Positions 46,280 through 56,948 of a stretch of 64,000 nucleotides of DNA are shown in pieces. Made by a program: the position numbers and the translations under genes. How positions within the stretch are numbered: the stretch's first letter is position 1; every line of letters starts with the position of its first letter. The stretch lies in the IMG/VR virus record IMGVR_UViG_3300020578_005505, one strand, 5' to 3'. Under the pieces are notes generated by a model that did no database searches, was not told the origin of the DNA, and was given only the letters and a program-made list of their open reading frames with translations. This stretch comes from a virus. Its lineage: Duplodnaviria > Heunggongvirae > Uroviricota > Caudoviricetes.

Positions 46280-49200
46280 TTAAATCGTTATTCCTATAGT
46301 TCCGTAGTATTGTCTAAGTCTTGGAATAGCGCTAGCGGTAGTTTCTTTCCACTTATTATCACTCCATAGCTTATATTCCTCATTTGCTTTACTTATTATC
46401 GCCTGTACTAAACTAGCAGGGGGTCTTAAAATAACAAAAAACTTAGGGTTTTGAGCAGTACCGGTCTGAAGTTTTCCATCTATAAGCGGAATAGAATATT
46501 TGCTTACCGTTTCGCTTAAATTACCTCCCACACCGCTAGCGCTATTGCCGCTTACGCTAACTACTATATCCCCGTGGGAACTTCCTGACCATGGATTTGT
46601 ATTAAACGTAAGATTATTGTCTCGGTTTGCTACTATTATATCACCTGCTTTTACTATATTGGTTGCTGGATTTAAAATCTCAAAGCTTCTGCTACTGTTT
46701 CTTAACGATTGTGCATAAACCGTATGTTGTGCGTTAAAAGGAAATGATACTCCTGCTTGCTTCATAACATAGCTTATAAATCCAGCACTCCATGGCGTTG
46801 TTCTAATTTTTTCAACTACACTATTTCCGGCAGAAGCAGGTGCTGCGTATTCGCTTTGTTTTTTCTTGAGTGCGAAAGTTGTAAAAGTACGTAAAAGTGA
46901 ATCATCTCTCAATTTAATCATCTGACCTTTTATCTTTGTTAGCCATTGATTACTGTCGACAGTATGTGAGAGTCCAGTAACAATAAATCCTACTTTTGTA
47001 TATCCGTCTTCAGCTCTCAAAGATAAAGGCAATCTACTTTCCGGTATTGTAAAAGCATTCCCCATTATTATTCCGCTTATACCATCTATTTCAATTTCGA
47101 GATCGGCGGGTATAAACGGTGCTGCTGTAGTTGTAATATCTGAAGACTTAACTTTAGACATTCTTTCGATATAATAGTTTTTTGCCATCTCGATTCTATC
47201 TTCAGCAAGCTGAGCGTTAGAATAAATACTAGCGACATGGGCATTGAAAGTATCGGCTGCTTTTTGATCGTTAGATGCTTGGTTTACTTTACTAGTGTCA
47301 TTATTGTTAGTTCCTTTATTTTTATTAGAAGGGTCTTGAATAATCGGTTTATATCTGTCTTGAAAATTTCTATTTAAATAGCTTAAAGAAGAATGATCTT
47401 TTGCATTAATTGATCCGGTAGCAGCTTGAGCAGATATTGCTATCATACTAGCTAGCTTAGTAGACATAGTTGTCCTAAATTGAAAATCTCTAGCTAAACT
47501 GAAAGTTCCATTAGGTTGATCAAGTCCAAGACTTGGTGCTTCAAATACCGGTAACTGTCCGGATAAAATAGGATCTTTAGCCTGGTTAAGAGTATCTAAA
47601 TATTTTTGTCTATCTATGAGGGACTTTTCTCCTTGCAAGTTAGGTACCCATTGATCATCTACTATTTGAACTACGTTAGCATCGTCCCTATAAGCAACCC
47701 TTAAGGTATTTATATTACCTAATGATTTATTAACATCAGCAACTATTCTCTCAAGAAAAGGCTGTAAGTTTACTGCATGTTCTTTATCTGCTCCGGCATA
47801 TTCTCTGACAAGTCTTAATAAATAATCAACGTTTAAAAGAATATTCATTATTTTACCTTGGTAGGGATTAGATAAAGATTTATAAAATAGTTTATAGCTA
47901 TTTAAGGCTGCAGTAATTATATTCTGGTTTTCGGGATCAAAAAAACCGTTAGTTTTTATTCCTTCTCCAAAAAGTGATTTATAATCGGTGTCAGATGAAT
48001 TAAAAGGTATCAAGCAAATGTTAGGATCGATCGACATCTGCTGTGGAGAACTTAAACAAAAATTCGTTTCAGGATTAAAATCAATATAAATGTATGGTCG
48101 CTTTTCGGTTCCTGCTGCTTCTTGAAAAGTAGATGTTTGTAACTTTGAATCGTATATCAAACACATATTATTTAGGAAGGCAAGTAAGTATCCAAATTGC
48201 AGATATACAGGTAAGCGTACGGTATCTAAACTACCGTCCGGTGCCTGTTTTGGATATCTAACTACGTAAGCTTTGCTGAGAGCTTTGAAGTCAACGTCTG
48301 GGATAATAGTTAATCCATCCAAAAATCCGCCTTCAACCACTTTGTCGTCAGGATATGCCAACAAATCACTATTAAAGCCTCTCTTTGCGTATTGAGTAAT
48401 ATCAAATCTACTGCCTGGTATTATCTTATTGACTGATGTATCAAAAACTTTATCAAATATTCCGGCTTTATAAAAATCTTGCGTAATTGTCGATATATCG
48501 GCTTGTATAACAGGTTTTTCGAGCTTTTCACCAGCAGCAATAACTTGACTCTCTGACTGCACTATCGCAAGCATAGCATGTAAAGCTGATTGAAATCCTT
48601 CAGCAGAGTCTATCTGCTCTGTATCAGGTTGATTAACTTGCCCAGCAGTATCACCAGAATTAGGTTCCTGTGCTGGTTGAGATGTAGGTTGTTGTGTTTG
48701 ACTAGACTCAGCTGATGACAATATAAAGCCTGGATTGTTAGTTTCAAAATACCAGTTGATCTGTACTGGTGTTGTTCTATTTCGAACAGTAACCGGAATA
48801 GATATTTGGAAAAATCCTTCTATTTTTACTAATCCTCCACTCGTTGCTTCGACGCTAGAAACAGTTGCACTTCTATCGTTCAGAGCCCATTTAGCTAGTG
48901 CTTCGAGTGCTAGTCTTCTTGAAACAGGAAAATTAGGTTCCGGTCTAGGTATTTCTGCCCGTAAATTAAAGAAAATCTCTTTCTTTATACCTGTAGCTCC
49001 TAGTTCTACAGGGTATTTTATAAACAATCCTGCTTTATTATCTTCTTTATTACCGCGTAAAGAGGTAGTTAGTATATCATCAAGATTTAGGTCAAGAACT
49101 TGGCTTCCTAATACATAAAAACTAGAAGCATCTTGAAAAAGTTTAACTAAAGGAACTTCAGGTGCAATTTGATCTTCAGCGGCATTACTGATTCTTTCAT

Positions 49201-50509
49201 TTATTCGTGCAAGATTTGGAAAGTTATCTAAAAAATTACTTATTGAACCTCCACCGTTTAGATTGAATGTAATTAATGTAGGAGTAACAGTATTAATGTT
49301 ATAATAAACGTTACCTCTAGAGATCCATAAGCCGCCAAATTTTAAATTTGCAGCTTCTAATTTCCCAAGATTTATACCGGCTGCTGGTTTTTTTAAATCA
49401 ACAAATTGAGCATCAGAGTAGGTAGCTGTATTTGAACTATTGAAACTACTGATCTCAATTGCTCTATAATCCAGTATAAACTGTTCAAATGAAAGGTTGC
49501 TAGGTCCTGAATATTTTTTTACTATTTCCCATAATTGGGTAGAGTTACCTGGTAACGACTCTAGGTTATTATCATCTTGAGTATCAGCTGCTGTTTGTGT
49601 TACTAGTGCTGCTACTGTTTTAGTAAGTTCCGCTAAAGCATTTTGTTGCTCTTTAAATTTTTTTATTTGCCCATCAGGAAGGGTGTAGGATTGATTGATC
49701 CTGACTGAATCCATAATAGCTCCAAGACCAATTAGCCTTAAAGTACAGTCATAGCCTCCATCTTGGTTAAAAGCCCAATTAAAATTTGAAACTATACCCA
49801 ACATTCCATCATAGTTACCAGAAGTTCTTTTCGACTTTCTAGCAATATCTTGTTGAACAGTTTCTTTAGTTCTTCCTTCGCTAAAAGGATTATCAATACC
49901 ATAGATATCATTAGAAACGAATATTCCTGTTGGAATTTGACTGTTATTAGAGTCTTTATTACTAAAGTACTGTGAATGTCCCCATTCTAATAGCATCGAA
50001 TACCCTAATCTAAAGTAGAGTGCTTCAATTGCGTTAAGTTGGTTCATATTCCAGACTTTTAAGCTTATAGTTGCTTGCCGTAAAGAACCTAAGCGTCCGG
50101 TCGTTTCTACTTGTACAGAAACTAATCCGGGTATTGGCCTGAAGCCTAATTCTTCAGTTCCGCCCAATCCGTAAGCACCGTTCAAGCCTATACCTTTTCT
50201 TAGTGAGATACCATTACCTTTCTGTATAGAAGTACCAGCTTCGAGAATCCAATTCTGTGCTAGTGAATTAGGATTTTGATAATCGCCTGGATCAAGATTA
50301 AGTCTTGAAAAAAAATTTTTTCTTTCGTTGCCACTGAGTATAATATCGACTGAAGATGTAAGGCGTGCCCATCCAGTTTTATTTGCAAGAAATAAAACCT
50401 CTTCGTCGGACCTACTGACAGTACTATTACGACGTGCTCTTATTGCGAGCTGTCTTAAAACGTCATCATTGAAAGGCGCTCCAATAACGTTTGATAACTT
50501 AATAGCCAT
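46280..50509 (-). CDS. Very large (1409 aa) virion-associated protein, possibly baseplate/central-fiber with a C-terminal cell-wall-hydrolase-like region
   Basis: Size and position downstream of the tape measure protein. C-terminal SAGFISYVMKQAGVSFPF segment is only loosely amidase/CHAP-like. Speculative. Confidence 0.3.
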   Translation of the reverse strand: MAIKLSNVIGAPFNDDVLRQLAIRARRNSTVSRSDEEVLFLANKTGWARLTSSVDIILSGNERKNFFSRLNLDPGDYQNPNSLAQNWILEAGTSIQKGNGISLRKGIGLNGAYGLGGTEELGFRPIPGLVSVQVETTGRLGSLRQATISLKVWNMNQLNAIEALYFRLGYSMLLEWGHSQYFSNKDSNNSQIPTGIFVSNDIYGIDNPFSEGRTKETVQQDIARKSKRTSGNYDGMLGIVSNFNWAFNQDGGYDCTLRLIGLGAIMDSVRINQSYTLPDGQIKKFKEQQNALAELTKTVAALVTQTAADTQDDNNLESLPGNSTQLWEIVKKYSGPSNLSFEQFILDYRAIEISSFNSSNTATYSDAQFVDLKKPAAGINLGKLEAANLKFGGLWISRGNVYYNINTVTPTLITFNLNGGGSISNFLDNFPNLARINERISNAAEDQIAPEVPLVKLFQDASSFYVLGSQVLDLNLDDILTTSLRGNKEDNKAGLFIKYPVELGATGIKKEIFFNLRAEIPRPEPNFPVSRRLALEALAKWALNDRSATVSSVEATSGGLVKIEGFFQISIPVTVRNRTTPVQINWYFETNNPGFILSSAESSQTQQPTSQPAQEPNSGDTAGQVNQPDTEQIDSAEGFQSALHAMLAIVQSESQVIAAGEKLEKPVIQADISTITQDFYKAGIFDKVFDTSVNKIIPGSRFDITQYAKRGFNSDLLAYPDDKVVEGGFLDGLTIIPDVDFKALSKAYVVRYPKQAPDGSLDTVRLPVYLQFGYLLAFLNNMCLIYDSKLQTSTFQEAAGTEKRPYIYIDFNPETNFCLSSPQQMSIDPNICLIPFNSSDTDYKSLFGEGIKTNGFFDPENQNIITAALNSYKLFYKSLSNPYQGKIMNILLNVDYLLRLVREYAGADKEHAVNLQPFLERIVADVNKSLGNINTLRVAYRDDANVVQIVDDQWVPNLQGEKSLIDRQKYLDTLNQAKDPILSGQLPVFEAPSLGLDQPNGTFSLARDFQFRTTMSTKLASMIAISAQAATGSINAKDHSSLSYLNRNFQDRYKPIIQDPSNKNKGTNNNDTSKVNQASNDQKAADTFNAHVASIYSNAQLAEDRIEMAKNYYIERMSKVKSSDITTTAAPFIPADLEIEIDGISGIIMGNAFTIPESRLPLSLRAEDGYTKVGFIVTGLSHTVDSNQWLTKIKGQMIKLRDDSLLRTFTTFALKKKQSEYAAPASAGNSVVEKIRTTPWSAGFISYVMKQAGVSFPFNAQHTVYAQSLRNSSRSFEILNPATNIVKAGDIIVANRDNNLTFNTNPWSGSSHGDIVVSVSGNSASGVGGNLSETVSKYSIPLIDGKLQTGTAQNPKFFVILRPPASLVQAIISKANEEYKLWSDNKWKETTASAIPRLRQYYGTIGITI

Positions 50510-50807
50510 TATTTACTAAGTTATAATTATTTAGTATGGTCGATATATTAGTTGGTATTCTTAATTGAACTCCAATAGGTGGATAGATAGAATCTCCTGG
50601 TAAAGAGTTAGCGGAAGCGATTACCCACCAGAGACTTGAATCTTGATAGAAATCGAATGCAATCAAATCTAATCTATCGTTTACAGTAGTAATTACGTAA
50701 TAATCAGTATCTGTGGGCTGAACGGTTGGATAAACGTTTGTTTGATAATAAACACTCCCTGTTAAGTTTAACTTAGTAATCGGTATATTTTGATATCTTG
50801 ATTGCAT
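50499..50807 (-). CDS. Hypothetical tail-module protein
   Basis: 102 aa. Confidence 0.3.
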   Translation of the reverse strand: MQSRYQNIPITKLNLTGSVYYQTNVYPTVQPTDTDYYVITTVNDRLDLIAFDFYQDSSLWWVIASANSLPGDSIYPPIGVQLRIPTNISTILNNYNLVNNGY

Positions 50808-50814
50808 ATACTAA

Positions 50815-52803
50815 CTAAAACGGGCTATTAATATTTTCTAGGGCTTCACGTGCTACTGATAGTTGAGCTCTTGTGCCGCCTCTACCGCTTACTCCCCTTG
50901 GCGTGGTGTCTACTTCTTGCTGTACACGAGCGCTGTCAGCCGTTCCTCCTCTACTATTTTCATTTGCAGTAGGTGCGCTAGTTATAGGTGTTATAGGGTT
51001 GGGATTTCTAGCAGTATCTTTTGCTCTATCAGCAGGTGTTTTTGCGGTAGGATCAATAAAGTGATCTTTATTTGCAATAAGAGGTACAAAAGGATTACTC
51101 TTATTGACTCTTCTCGGAAGGATATCCATAATTGGTTTGAAACTACACTGAACAGTCACCATATGAGGTAGCTGTCTTACATCATCTTCGGGTCCAAACT
51201 GGTTTAGTAATATCTCCCATGGAGTATTTGAATTATCGATAGTTACATTTACGTTTTCTAAGAAGCCTGGCACTCTATAAAGATAGTCTCCAATAGTTAG
51301 TCTAACAACATTACCACGCATTAAATTATACTCAGGTGAATAGTCGGGATAAACTTGAGATATAAGCTGATTTAACTTTGTATACATCGGTAGCATTTCT
51401 TGTCTGCTCTGGGCAAACATCTTAAAACCGAATCCTATAGTTCTATCAAATCCTTGATAGGTTCTAAAATTCTCACCCCTCCCTAAATACTTAAAGGTAT
51501 TATACTCGCCAGTATTAGTATCGCTGATTTGACCTTCTATGAACGCTCTAAAAATTAACGCAGTAGTAAAGCTTAAATTATCATTATCTATACACTCGAA
51601 CGCAAATTTTATGATATCCTTCGATTCATTACCTGCTACTACCCACGGGTCTTTGTTTGAAGGATCGTAGAAGAACTGGTTTGGATTCTCGGCTCCCTTA
51701 GCTAGTAGGTTAAGCATATTCAACGAATCTTCTCCGTTGTTAGTAGTATCAATATACCTAGCTCTGACTCTAGCAGCACCTGGATTACCGATACCTAAAC
51801 CTCCTGTACCGGTAAATGGATTAGCGATATTAAAAACAAAGTAATCAGATCTAGGGGTTCCAGCAGGTAGTATGTCTCTAAAATCTCGTATAGGTTGATC
51901 GATAGGTGTACGGGTATTAGTTCCTTGTTTTGCTATCTGTTGGTAAGTAAGAGCGATAGTCGAATAAGCTACTCCTAATTTTCCTTGTACTGCAAATTTA
52001 GGATCAGGAATGGTTTCACTAGTCTTAGTTATATTAGTATCAGTGTATCTTGATATTCTAGTAAAACCTATACCGTATACGGAACCCGGCCCTCCTAAGT
52101 AATTAAAAATTTGATTTTGTACTGGAGAGATTCCTAATCTATCTACTAGAGTAGGGTCAATACCAGTACCCCCTACTTGATTTGGGTTTACTATGAAGTC
52201 AGTTGATCCTACTAGTTTAAGAGCTCTTAGAATCGAAAGTCTATTAGTAGCTTGTGTATTATTCTGTGGTGCACCTACAATATAAGCATATGTTTGTTGA
52301 GGTCTTTCGTAGATAGCAGGTCCAGTACCGTGTCTATTAAAGTGAGCACCAATACCTTGAAATTGTACTTGAGCTAGAGTGTTTAATGGATTATAAACGT
52401 TAGTGACAGGTAAAAAAGCATTACCTAAACTAGTACCTGCAAAAATCAATGCATTAGGTACCTGTATTCTAGGGTTAGTTAGCTGTAAACCTAGTTGTTT
52501 TTCTATAAAAGCAGTACCGCGCGGAGAATCTTTAAAAAATTTTTGTATTCTTTCTCTATCAATAGTAGATGTAATGATAGCTGAACCTCCAGTCAATCCA
52601 TTTAATAGCTGGGTTATTGCACCTCCGCGTACTGGAAAATCAAGAGCTGTTCTGTTTGTTTGATAAAAGCGTTTTATTGAATTAGGTGTATCATTATTAT
52701 CGATAGGGAACTGCACATATGGCTGTCCGCTATCGCCGCCTCCTGGTCTGTCGCCTCCGAATCTAAGGCTAGTTAAATCTGTCTTGAAATTAATTAGGGG
52801 CAT
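50815..52803 (-). CDS. Hypothetical tail/baseplate protein
   Basis: 662 aa, immediately after the tape measure protein and a small ORF. Confidence 0.35.
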   Translation of the reverse strand: MPLINFKTDLTSLRFGGDRPGGGDSGQPYVQFPIDNNDTPNSIKRFYQTNRTALDFPVRGGAITQLLNGLTGGSAIITSTIDRERIQKFFKDSPRGTAFIEKQLGLQLTNPRIQVPNALIFAGTSLGNAFLPVTNVYNPLNTLAQVQFQGIGAHFNRHGTGPAIYERPQQTYAYIVGAPQNNTQATNRLSILRALKLVGSTDFIVNPNQVGGTGIDPTLVDRLGISPVQNQIFNYLGGPGSVYGIGFTRISRYTDTNITKTSETIPDPKFAVQGKLGVAYSTIALTYQQIAKQGTNTRTPIDQPIRDFRDILPAGTPRSDYFVFNIANPFTGTGGLGIGNPGAARVRARYIDTTNNGEDSLNMLNLLAKGAENPNQFFYDPSNKDPWVVAGNESKDIIKFAFECIDNDNLSFTTALIFRAFIEGQISDTNTGEYNTFKYLGRGENFRTYQGFDRTIGFGFKMFAQSRQEMLPMYTKLNQLISQVYPDYSPEYNLMRGNVVRLTIGDYLYRVPGFLENVNVTIDNSNTPWEILLNQFGPEDDVRQLPHMVTVQCSFKPIMDILPRRVNKSNPFVPLIANKDHFIDPTAKTPADRAKDTARNPNPITPITSAPTANENSRGGTADSARVQQEVDTTPRGVSGRGGTRAQLSVAREALENINSPF

Positions 52804-53034
52804 CTATTTCTTATTGACAGTTTTAAGATAATTGAGATAGGTTGGTTGCGGAAGAGAATTATAAGTTACGTCAATAGGATCTTGTATTACAGGTACTACC
52901 GAGGAGGCGAGAGGTACAGAAGATCCTCTTATCACTGTAGCTACATTAGCGGGCGTACCCTCGAAAATACCCGAAGGGTTTGTTTTACCTTGTTTACTTA
53001 ATTTAGATTCTTTTATTTGATTAATTAGACTCAT
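52804..53034 (-). CDS. Hypothetical protein
   Basis: 76 aa. Confidence 0.3.
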   Translation of the reverse strand: MSLINQIKESKLSKQGKTNPSGIFEGTPANVATVIRGSSVPLASSVVPVIQDPIDVTYNSLPQPTYLNYLKTVNKK

Positions 53035-53037
53035 AGT

Positions 53038-55410
53038 TTACGCTTTATCTAATCCTGGAATTTGATTACTTTTATTAAATATAATCGCTCCTACCTTTTG
53101 TCCGTCTAAGTATACGTTTCCTACGCCGCCATTACTTACGCTAGAAGTTTCTTTACCAGTCATCTTAGTAGTACCTGATGTGTTTATACTTGGTTGTCTT
53201 ACACCTTGTTGTACGGTATTTCCTATAGAAGGAGCTGCTTCGCCAAAGTTCATGCCCCCTATAGTTTCAGATGCGCCTCTTAATCCTCCTGCAAATCCCG
53301 CAGTACCTGCTCTTACAGAGCTTGCAAGACCTCTAAACTTTTTTGAGTTACCGCCAAAAAATCCTGTCACGTCGGCTATAAGATCTAATATTGAAGCTAT
53401 CATACTACCTATTATTTCAACAGCTCCAGCTAGTCTATTTATTAACCCTGTAACGAAGCCTTGTATCTTTTGGGGGTTAGTTATAAAATCTAGTATTCCG
53501 GACTTTTCAATAAACTCAATGAATATTGTTTTAATTCTATTCATCGTCTCGGTAAGACGTTCGGCAGTTGAAGTTTGTGTAATATAATTATAGGCATCCT
53601 CTCCAATCTTTTTACTTATTTCAGCTTGTGTTAAGCCTCTTTCTTTCATTATACGAAGTTCTTCGGCAGCTTGCTTTAAATTACTTGCACCAAGTCTTCT
53701 AAAATATTCCTGTTGCTTAAGAACATCTGCTAAACCATCTCTAGTCATGCCTACTGATTCAGCTATCGCCTCTTGCTGAATCCTATTCATCTTCAAATAC
53801 TCATCTGCACTACCTACTTGTGTATTAATCTCTTTTGCCAGTGTTACAAGATCGTTATTAAGCGCAGCCTCTCTAGCTCTAGTTAAATTTAATTCTTTAC
53901 CGGTTAGAACCTGTGCTTCCATCTCTTTAGAAATACTACCTTCAAAATCAAGAAAGCTACTAGCAAGTCCATCTAGCTGTTTTATTTCAAAGCCCATAGC
54001 TTTGGTTATTACCAACGACTTGGCAAGTTTTTCAGGATACTTCGTAAATGTTAATCCCAATATACCGGCTTGTTTACTAGCTTGATTTAATACATCTCTG
54101 AATTCGAAAGCAACACCAGTCTCAAACTCAAACGCTTTTGACTGGGCTAAAATACTCTTTGTAAGTTTTTCGGCGCTTCTACCTGTTGTTATACTAGTCT
54201 GTGCAAGAGCCTTTCTAGTTTCTAATTCAAGACCGGCAATTTCTTTAAGCTTAATATTATTTTGAAGTATATCGCCAGTAAACTTATTTCTTACACCAAA
54301 TGCTTTTGTAAGTTCAACTTGGGACTCCATTAATCTGGTCTCGTTAACTACTATGTTATCGCTAGCCTTAGCTATAGCTCTGAACTCTTCTTTTACTCCA
54401 CTGGCTCTATCCTTTGAAATTCCAATATTACGTGCAAAATTAGTTAATGCCTGATCCTGACCTAATACTAAATCTACAACACCTTTTAGTATACCGACTA
54501 ACCCGCCAAGTAGACCGCCTATAACAGGAATCTTGCTAATTATATCTTGAAAGCCTCCAAGGAGACTTGTAGCGCCAGTACCTGAAATAGCTCCGCCACC
54601 GATTCCTACTCCACCGCCAATTCCTCCTGATACGAGATTGGATGCTTGTGCTAAAGGAGCTGTAAGATTACTCTTTACTAGTCCTCCTAAAGCTTTAAAT
54701 GGAGCAGATATCTTACTTAGACCTGCTGAGATGCCAGCTACTAGCCCAGCAATACCTAGTGCTCCTAAAATTCCGGCTCCTATCTTTTTACCCCCGCCGC
54801 TACTGCCTCCTGCTCCAGTAGCACCAGTTGTGGTTGCGCCTCCACCAGGAGGTAGATTTGCACCGCCGCCTACTTTTGCACGAGCGAGATCAATTTGTCG
54901 CTGTCTTTCTTCTTTTGTTCTAAAAAGATTTGCAAGTCTACCGCCAATACCTCTCTCTTTATTTATGTCTGCAATTAATTTTTTTTCAGCAATAAGGGCA
55001 TCTTTTTTCTTCTTCGCTTCGAATTCCATAGCCTTCAACTGCCCGCCTGCAGTTCTCTGTAAAGCTGTTTGTTTCTTTTTCTCTTCAGATAATTCTCTCT
55101 CAATTCGCTTAATTAAGTTTTTATTAGATGTAGTAGAATTTTGCTTTTTTCTTTCAGCTAATTCTTCTTCTAATTTCTTTATTTCTAAAGTTACCTTACT
55201 ATATTTGTTTGCATCTATTACGGCTTTTCTTCCTAGTTCTTTTATTTCTTTTTGTAGACCTAATTCTTCTTGCTTTGCCTTTTTAATTTTTAGAGACATA
55301 AGAAGATACTGATTCATCAGACTTAGGTCTTCTTCTCTTATGGTACCTACTTGGCTTCTTTCAAGAGCTTCCTGTTCTTCTCTTTGTTTCTTGTTCATTT
55401 TATCAGCCAT
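53038..55410 (-). CDS. Tail tape measure protein (putative)
   Basis: 790 aa. Long N-terminal coiled coil (EELGLQKEIKELGRK...), then Gly-rich hydrophobic segments (GGSSGGGKKIGAGILGALGIAGLVAGISAGL), then a helical C-terminus. Sits after the frameshift chaperone. Confidence 0.55.
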   Translation of the reverse strand: MADKMNKKQREEQEALERSQVGTIREEDLSLMNQYLLMSLKIKKAKQEELGLQKEIKELGRKAVIDANKYSKVTLEIKKLEEELAERKKQNSTTSNKNLIKRIERELSEEKKKQTALQRTAGGQLKAMEFEAKKKKDALIAEKKLIADINKERGIGGRLANLFRTKEERQRQIDLARAKVGGGANLPPGGGATTTGATGAGGSSGGGKKIGAGILGALGIAGLVAGISAGLSKISAPFKALGGLVKSNLTAPLAQASNLVSGGIGGGVGIGGGAISGTGATSLLGGFQDIISKIPVIGGLLGGLVGILKGVVDLVLGQDQALTNFARNIGISKDRASGVKEEFRAIAKASDNIVVNETRLMESQVELTKAFGVRNKFTGDILQNNIKLKEIAGLELETRKALAQTSITTGRSAEKLTKSILAQSKAFEFETGVAFEFRDVLNQASKQAGILGLTFTKYPEKLAKSLVITKAMGFEIKQLDGLASSFLDFEGSISKEMEAQVLTGKELNLTRAREAALNNDLVTLAKEINTQVGSADEYLKMNRIQQEAIAESVGMTRDGLADVLKQQEYFRRLGASNLKQAAEELRIMKERGLTQAEISKKIGEDAYNYITQTSTAERLTETMNRIKTIFIEFIEKSGILDFITNPQKIQGFVTGLINRLAGAVEIIGSMIASILDLIADVTGFFGGNSKKFRGLASSVRAGTAGFAGGLRGASETIGGMNFGEAAPSIGNTVQQGVRQPSINTSGTTKMTGKETSSVSNGGVGNVYLDGQKVGAIIFNKSNQIPGLDKA

Positions 55411-55439
55411 ACTATACTATTCTCTAAATAAATAGCTAT

Positions 55440-55718
55440 TTACTTCTTTTTTACCTTCGAGAAATAGGTAGGCGTTTCTGCCTTCGATTTAATGTCTGGC
55501 TTAGAAATTAAGGGTTTATCAGCTGTAACGGTTTGTCGTTCGTTCCGGATTTCTTGGAGCTTTTCTAAATGCTCATTGATAAACTTGATATTGAGACGGC
55601 GTTCGTTGATCGGCATATCCATGACTTCAGACCATGAAAAGCCTCCGCCGCCATGATAGGTAAGCTCGAAAACCTCTCTTTTATAAATTTGACGATATTC
55701 AACTCCCGGGAAAAAAAA
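55440..55718 (-). CDS. +1-frame extension of the tail assembly chaperone (frameshift product, putative)
   Basis: From the T9 run at 55711-55719 the +1 frame is open without stops through the track ORF 55440-55622 (FFFPGVEYRQIYKREVFELTYHGGGGFSWSEVMDMPINERR...). Confidence 0.4.
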   Translation of the reverse strand, partial: FFFPGVEYRQIYKREVFELTYHGGGGFSWSEVMDMPINERRLNIKFINEHLEKLQEIRNERQTVTADKPLISKPDIKSKAETPTYFSKVKKK

Positions 55719-56451
55719 ATTCCGCCGTTAGCGGTAGGCTCTCCTCAACCTCTTTTCCCGATGATAATGTAAAGTTAACTGTTAGATCAATATCAGGAGT
55801 AATTTTAGTGATATATGCCCTTAGTGGGTTAGAGTCTTTGGCAATTAATGCATTATCAACAAATTCTCTAACTGTTTTAGGTTCATAATCTCCGTTAACA
55901 GATATTATTTGTCTTTTTAGTCTTGTAGTAATCTCGCCGGCAGTTAGGTTGGCTTTCTTGAGACTTTTTATTTCGGCTTCAATAGCCTTTTCATCTTCTA
56001 CAGTAAACAGCTTAAATGATAGAGTATTTTTTGAATGAGGCAACTGAAAAGTAAATTCGTTTTTATTTTTAAAAATGCTAGTATCTACAGCTTTATTTTT
56101 TAAAGTCTGCAAATTAATAGTAATTGTTTCTTTAGTATCAGTTTCAGAATCTGTATACTCAAAGCTATACTGGGAGCCATAAGCGAGAATACGTGCTGCA
56201 ATTAATAAAGCATTTCTATCACCTAATAAAAGATCCTCGAATTTTATAGGGGATTTAATAAGAGATTGAAGCATTCTTTCGATTGCTACACCTTGCTTTA
56301 ATAAATTAACGTTTGTGAGAATATCTTCTTCACGTGCAGTCATGTATTTCATTTCTAAAGTTCCGGAAGAGAGAGGATTGGTGGTTTCGTAAACTTTACC
56401 TTGGGAAGGTAATTCGATAGTTTCAGTCGGGATTGTAAACTTTTCGGCCAT
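55699..56451 (-). CDS. Tail assembly chaperone (upstream frame), putative
   Basis: Sits between the tube gene and the tape measure protein. Ends ...LPLTAEFFFPGS with a T9 slippery run 10 nt before the stop. Confidence 0.4.
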   Translation of the reverse strand: MAEKFTIPTETIELPSQGKVYETTNPLSSGTLEMKYMTAREEDILTNVNLLKQGVAIERMLQSLIKSPIKFEDLLLGDRNALLIAARILAYGSQYSFEYTDSETDTKETITINLQTLKNKAVDTSIFKNKNEFTFQLPHSKNTLSFKLFTVEDEKAIEAEIKSLKKANLTAGEITTRLKRQIISVNGDYEPKTVREFVDNALIAKDSNPLRAYITKITPDIDLTVNFTLSSGKEVEESLPLTAEFFFPGS

Positions 56452-56499
56452 AATCTTAATTTAGTTATATATTGATAAATATATCAAATATAACTTTTC

Positions 56500-56889
56500 T
56501 TACTTGATCTTAAAAATATCTCGTACAAAACTTACGCCGTACTTATAGAGATCAAAGATTATAACTAAAATTATTCCAAGGATAGTTGAGTAGAGTATAA
56601 AGAAAAATATCCAGGTTTGTTGCCATCCATCAGTCTTACCTTCAATAAAGGCTACCCAGATTAAAGTAGAAGCACCTGATATCGTCGTTAGCACAAATAT
56701 AGTGCGTATAACGATAAAGATTAATGCAATCTCTAACCAGAATCTAGCTACTAGATACCCTAAAGCGATTACTGATAAACTAACGATAAATAATGTTAAC
56801 CAATTCATAACTTTTATTTTATACCTAAATATACGGATTCTCCGCTTTGGAAACAACTTTTTATAGTAAAATAACCTATTGAAAATCAA
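56500..56889 (-). CDS. Membrane protein
   Basis: 129 aa with 3-4 predicted transmembrane helices. Confidence 0.35.
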   Translation of the reverse strand: MIFNRLFYYKKLFPKRRIRIFRYKIKVMNWLTLFIVSLSVIALGYLVARFWLEIALIFIVIRTIFVLTTISGASTLIWVAFIEGKTDGWQQTWIFFFILYSTILGIILVIIFDLYKYGVSFVRDIFKIK

Positions 56890-56923
56890 TAAGTTATAAA
56901 CATTAATATTTCCGTAATACTAT

Positions 56924-56948
56924 AAAAAAAGCCGCTTTTTAGGCGGCT
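56924..56948 (-). terminator. Rho-independent terminator downstream of the tail tube gene
   Basis: Minus strand AGAGCCGCC-TAAAAA-GGCGGCT stem-loop followed by TTTTTTT. Flanked by the direct repeat TTGAAAATCAAT. Confidence 0.5.

Noticed and set aside
55565-55718. -1 frameshift alternative at the T9 run
   Set aside because: The -1 frame hits a stop after about 50 codons (TAG at 55567-55565). The +1 frame stays open through the downstream ORF to the tape measure gene.
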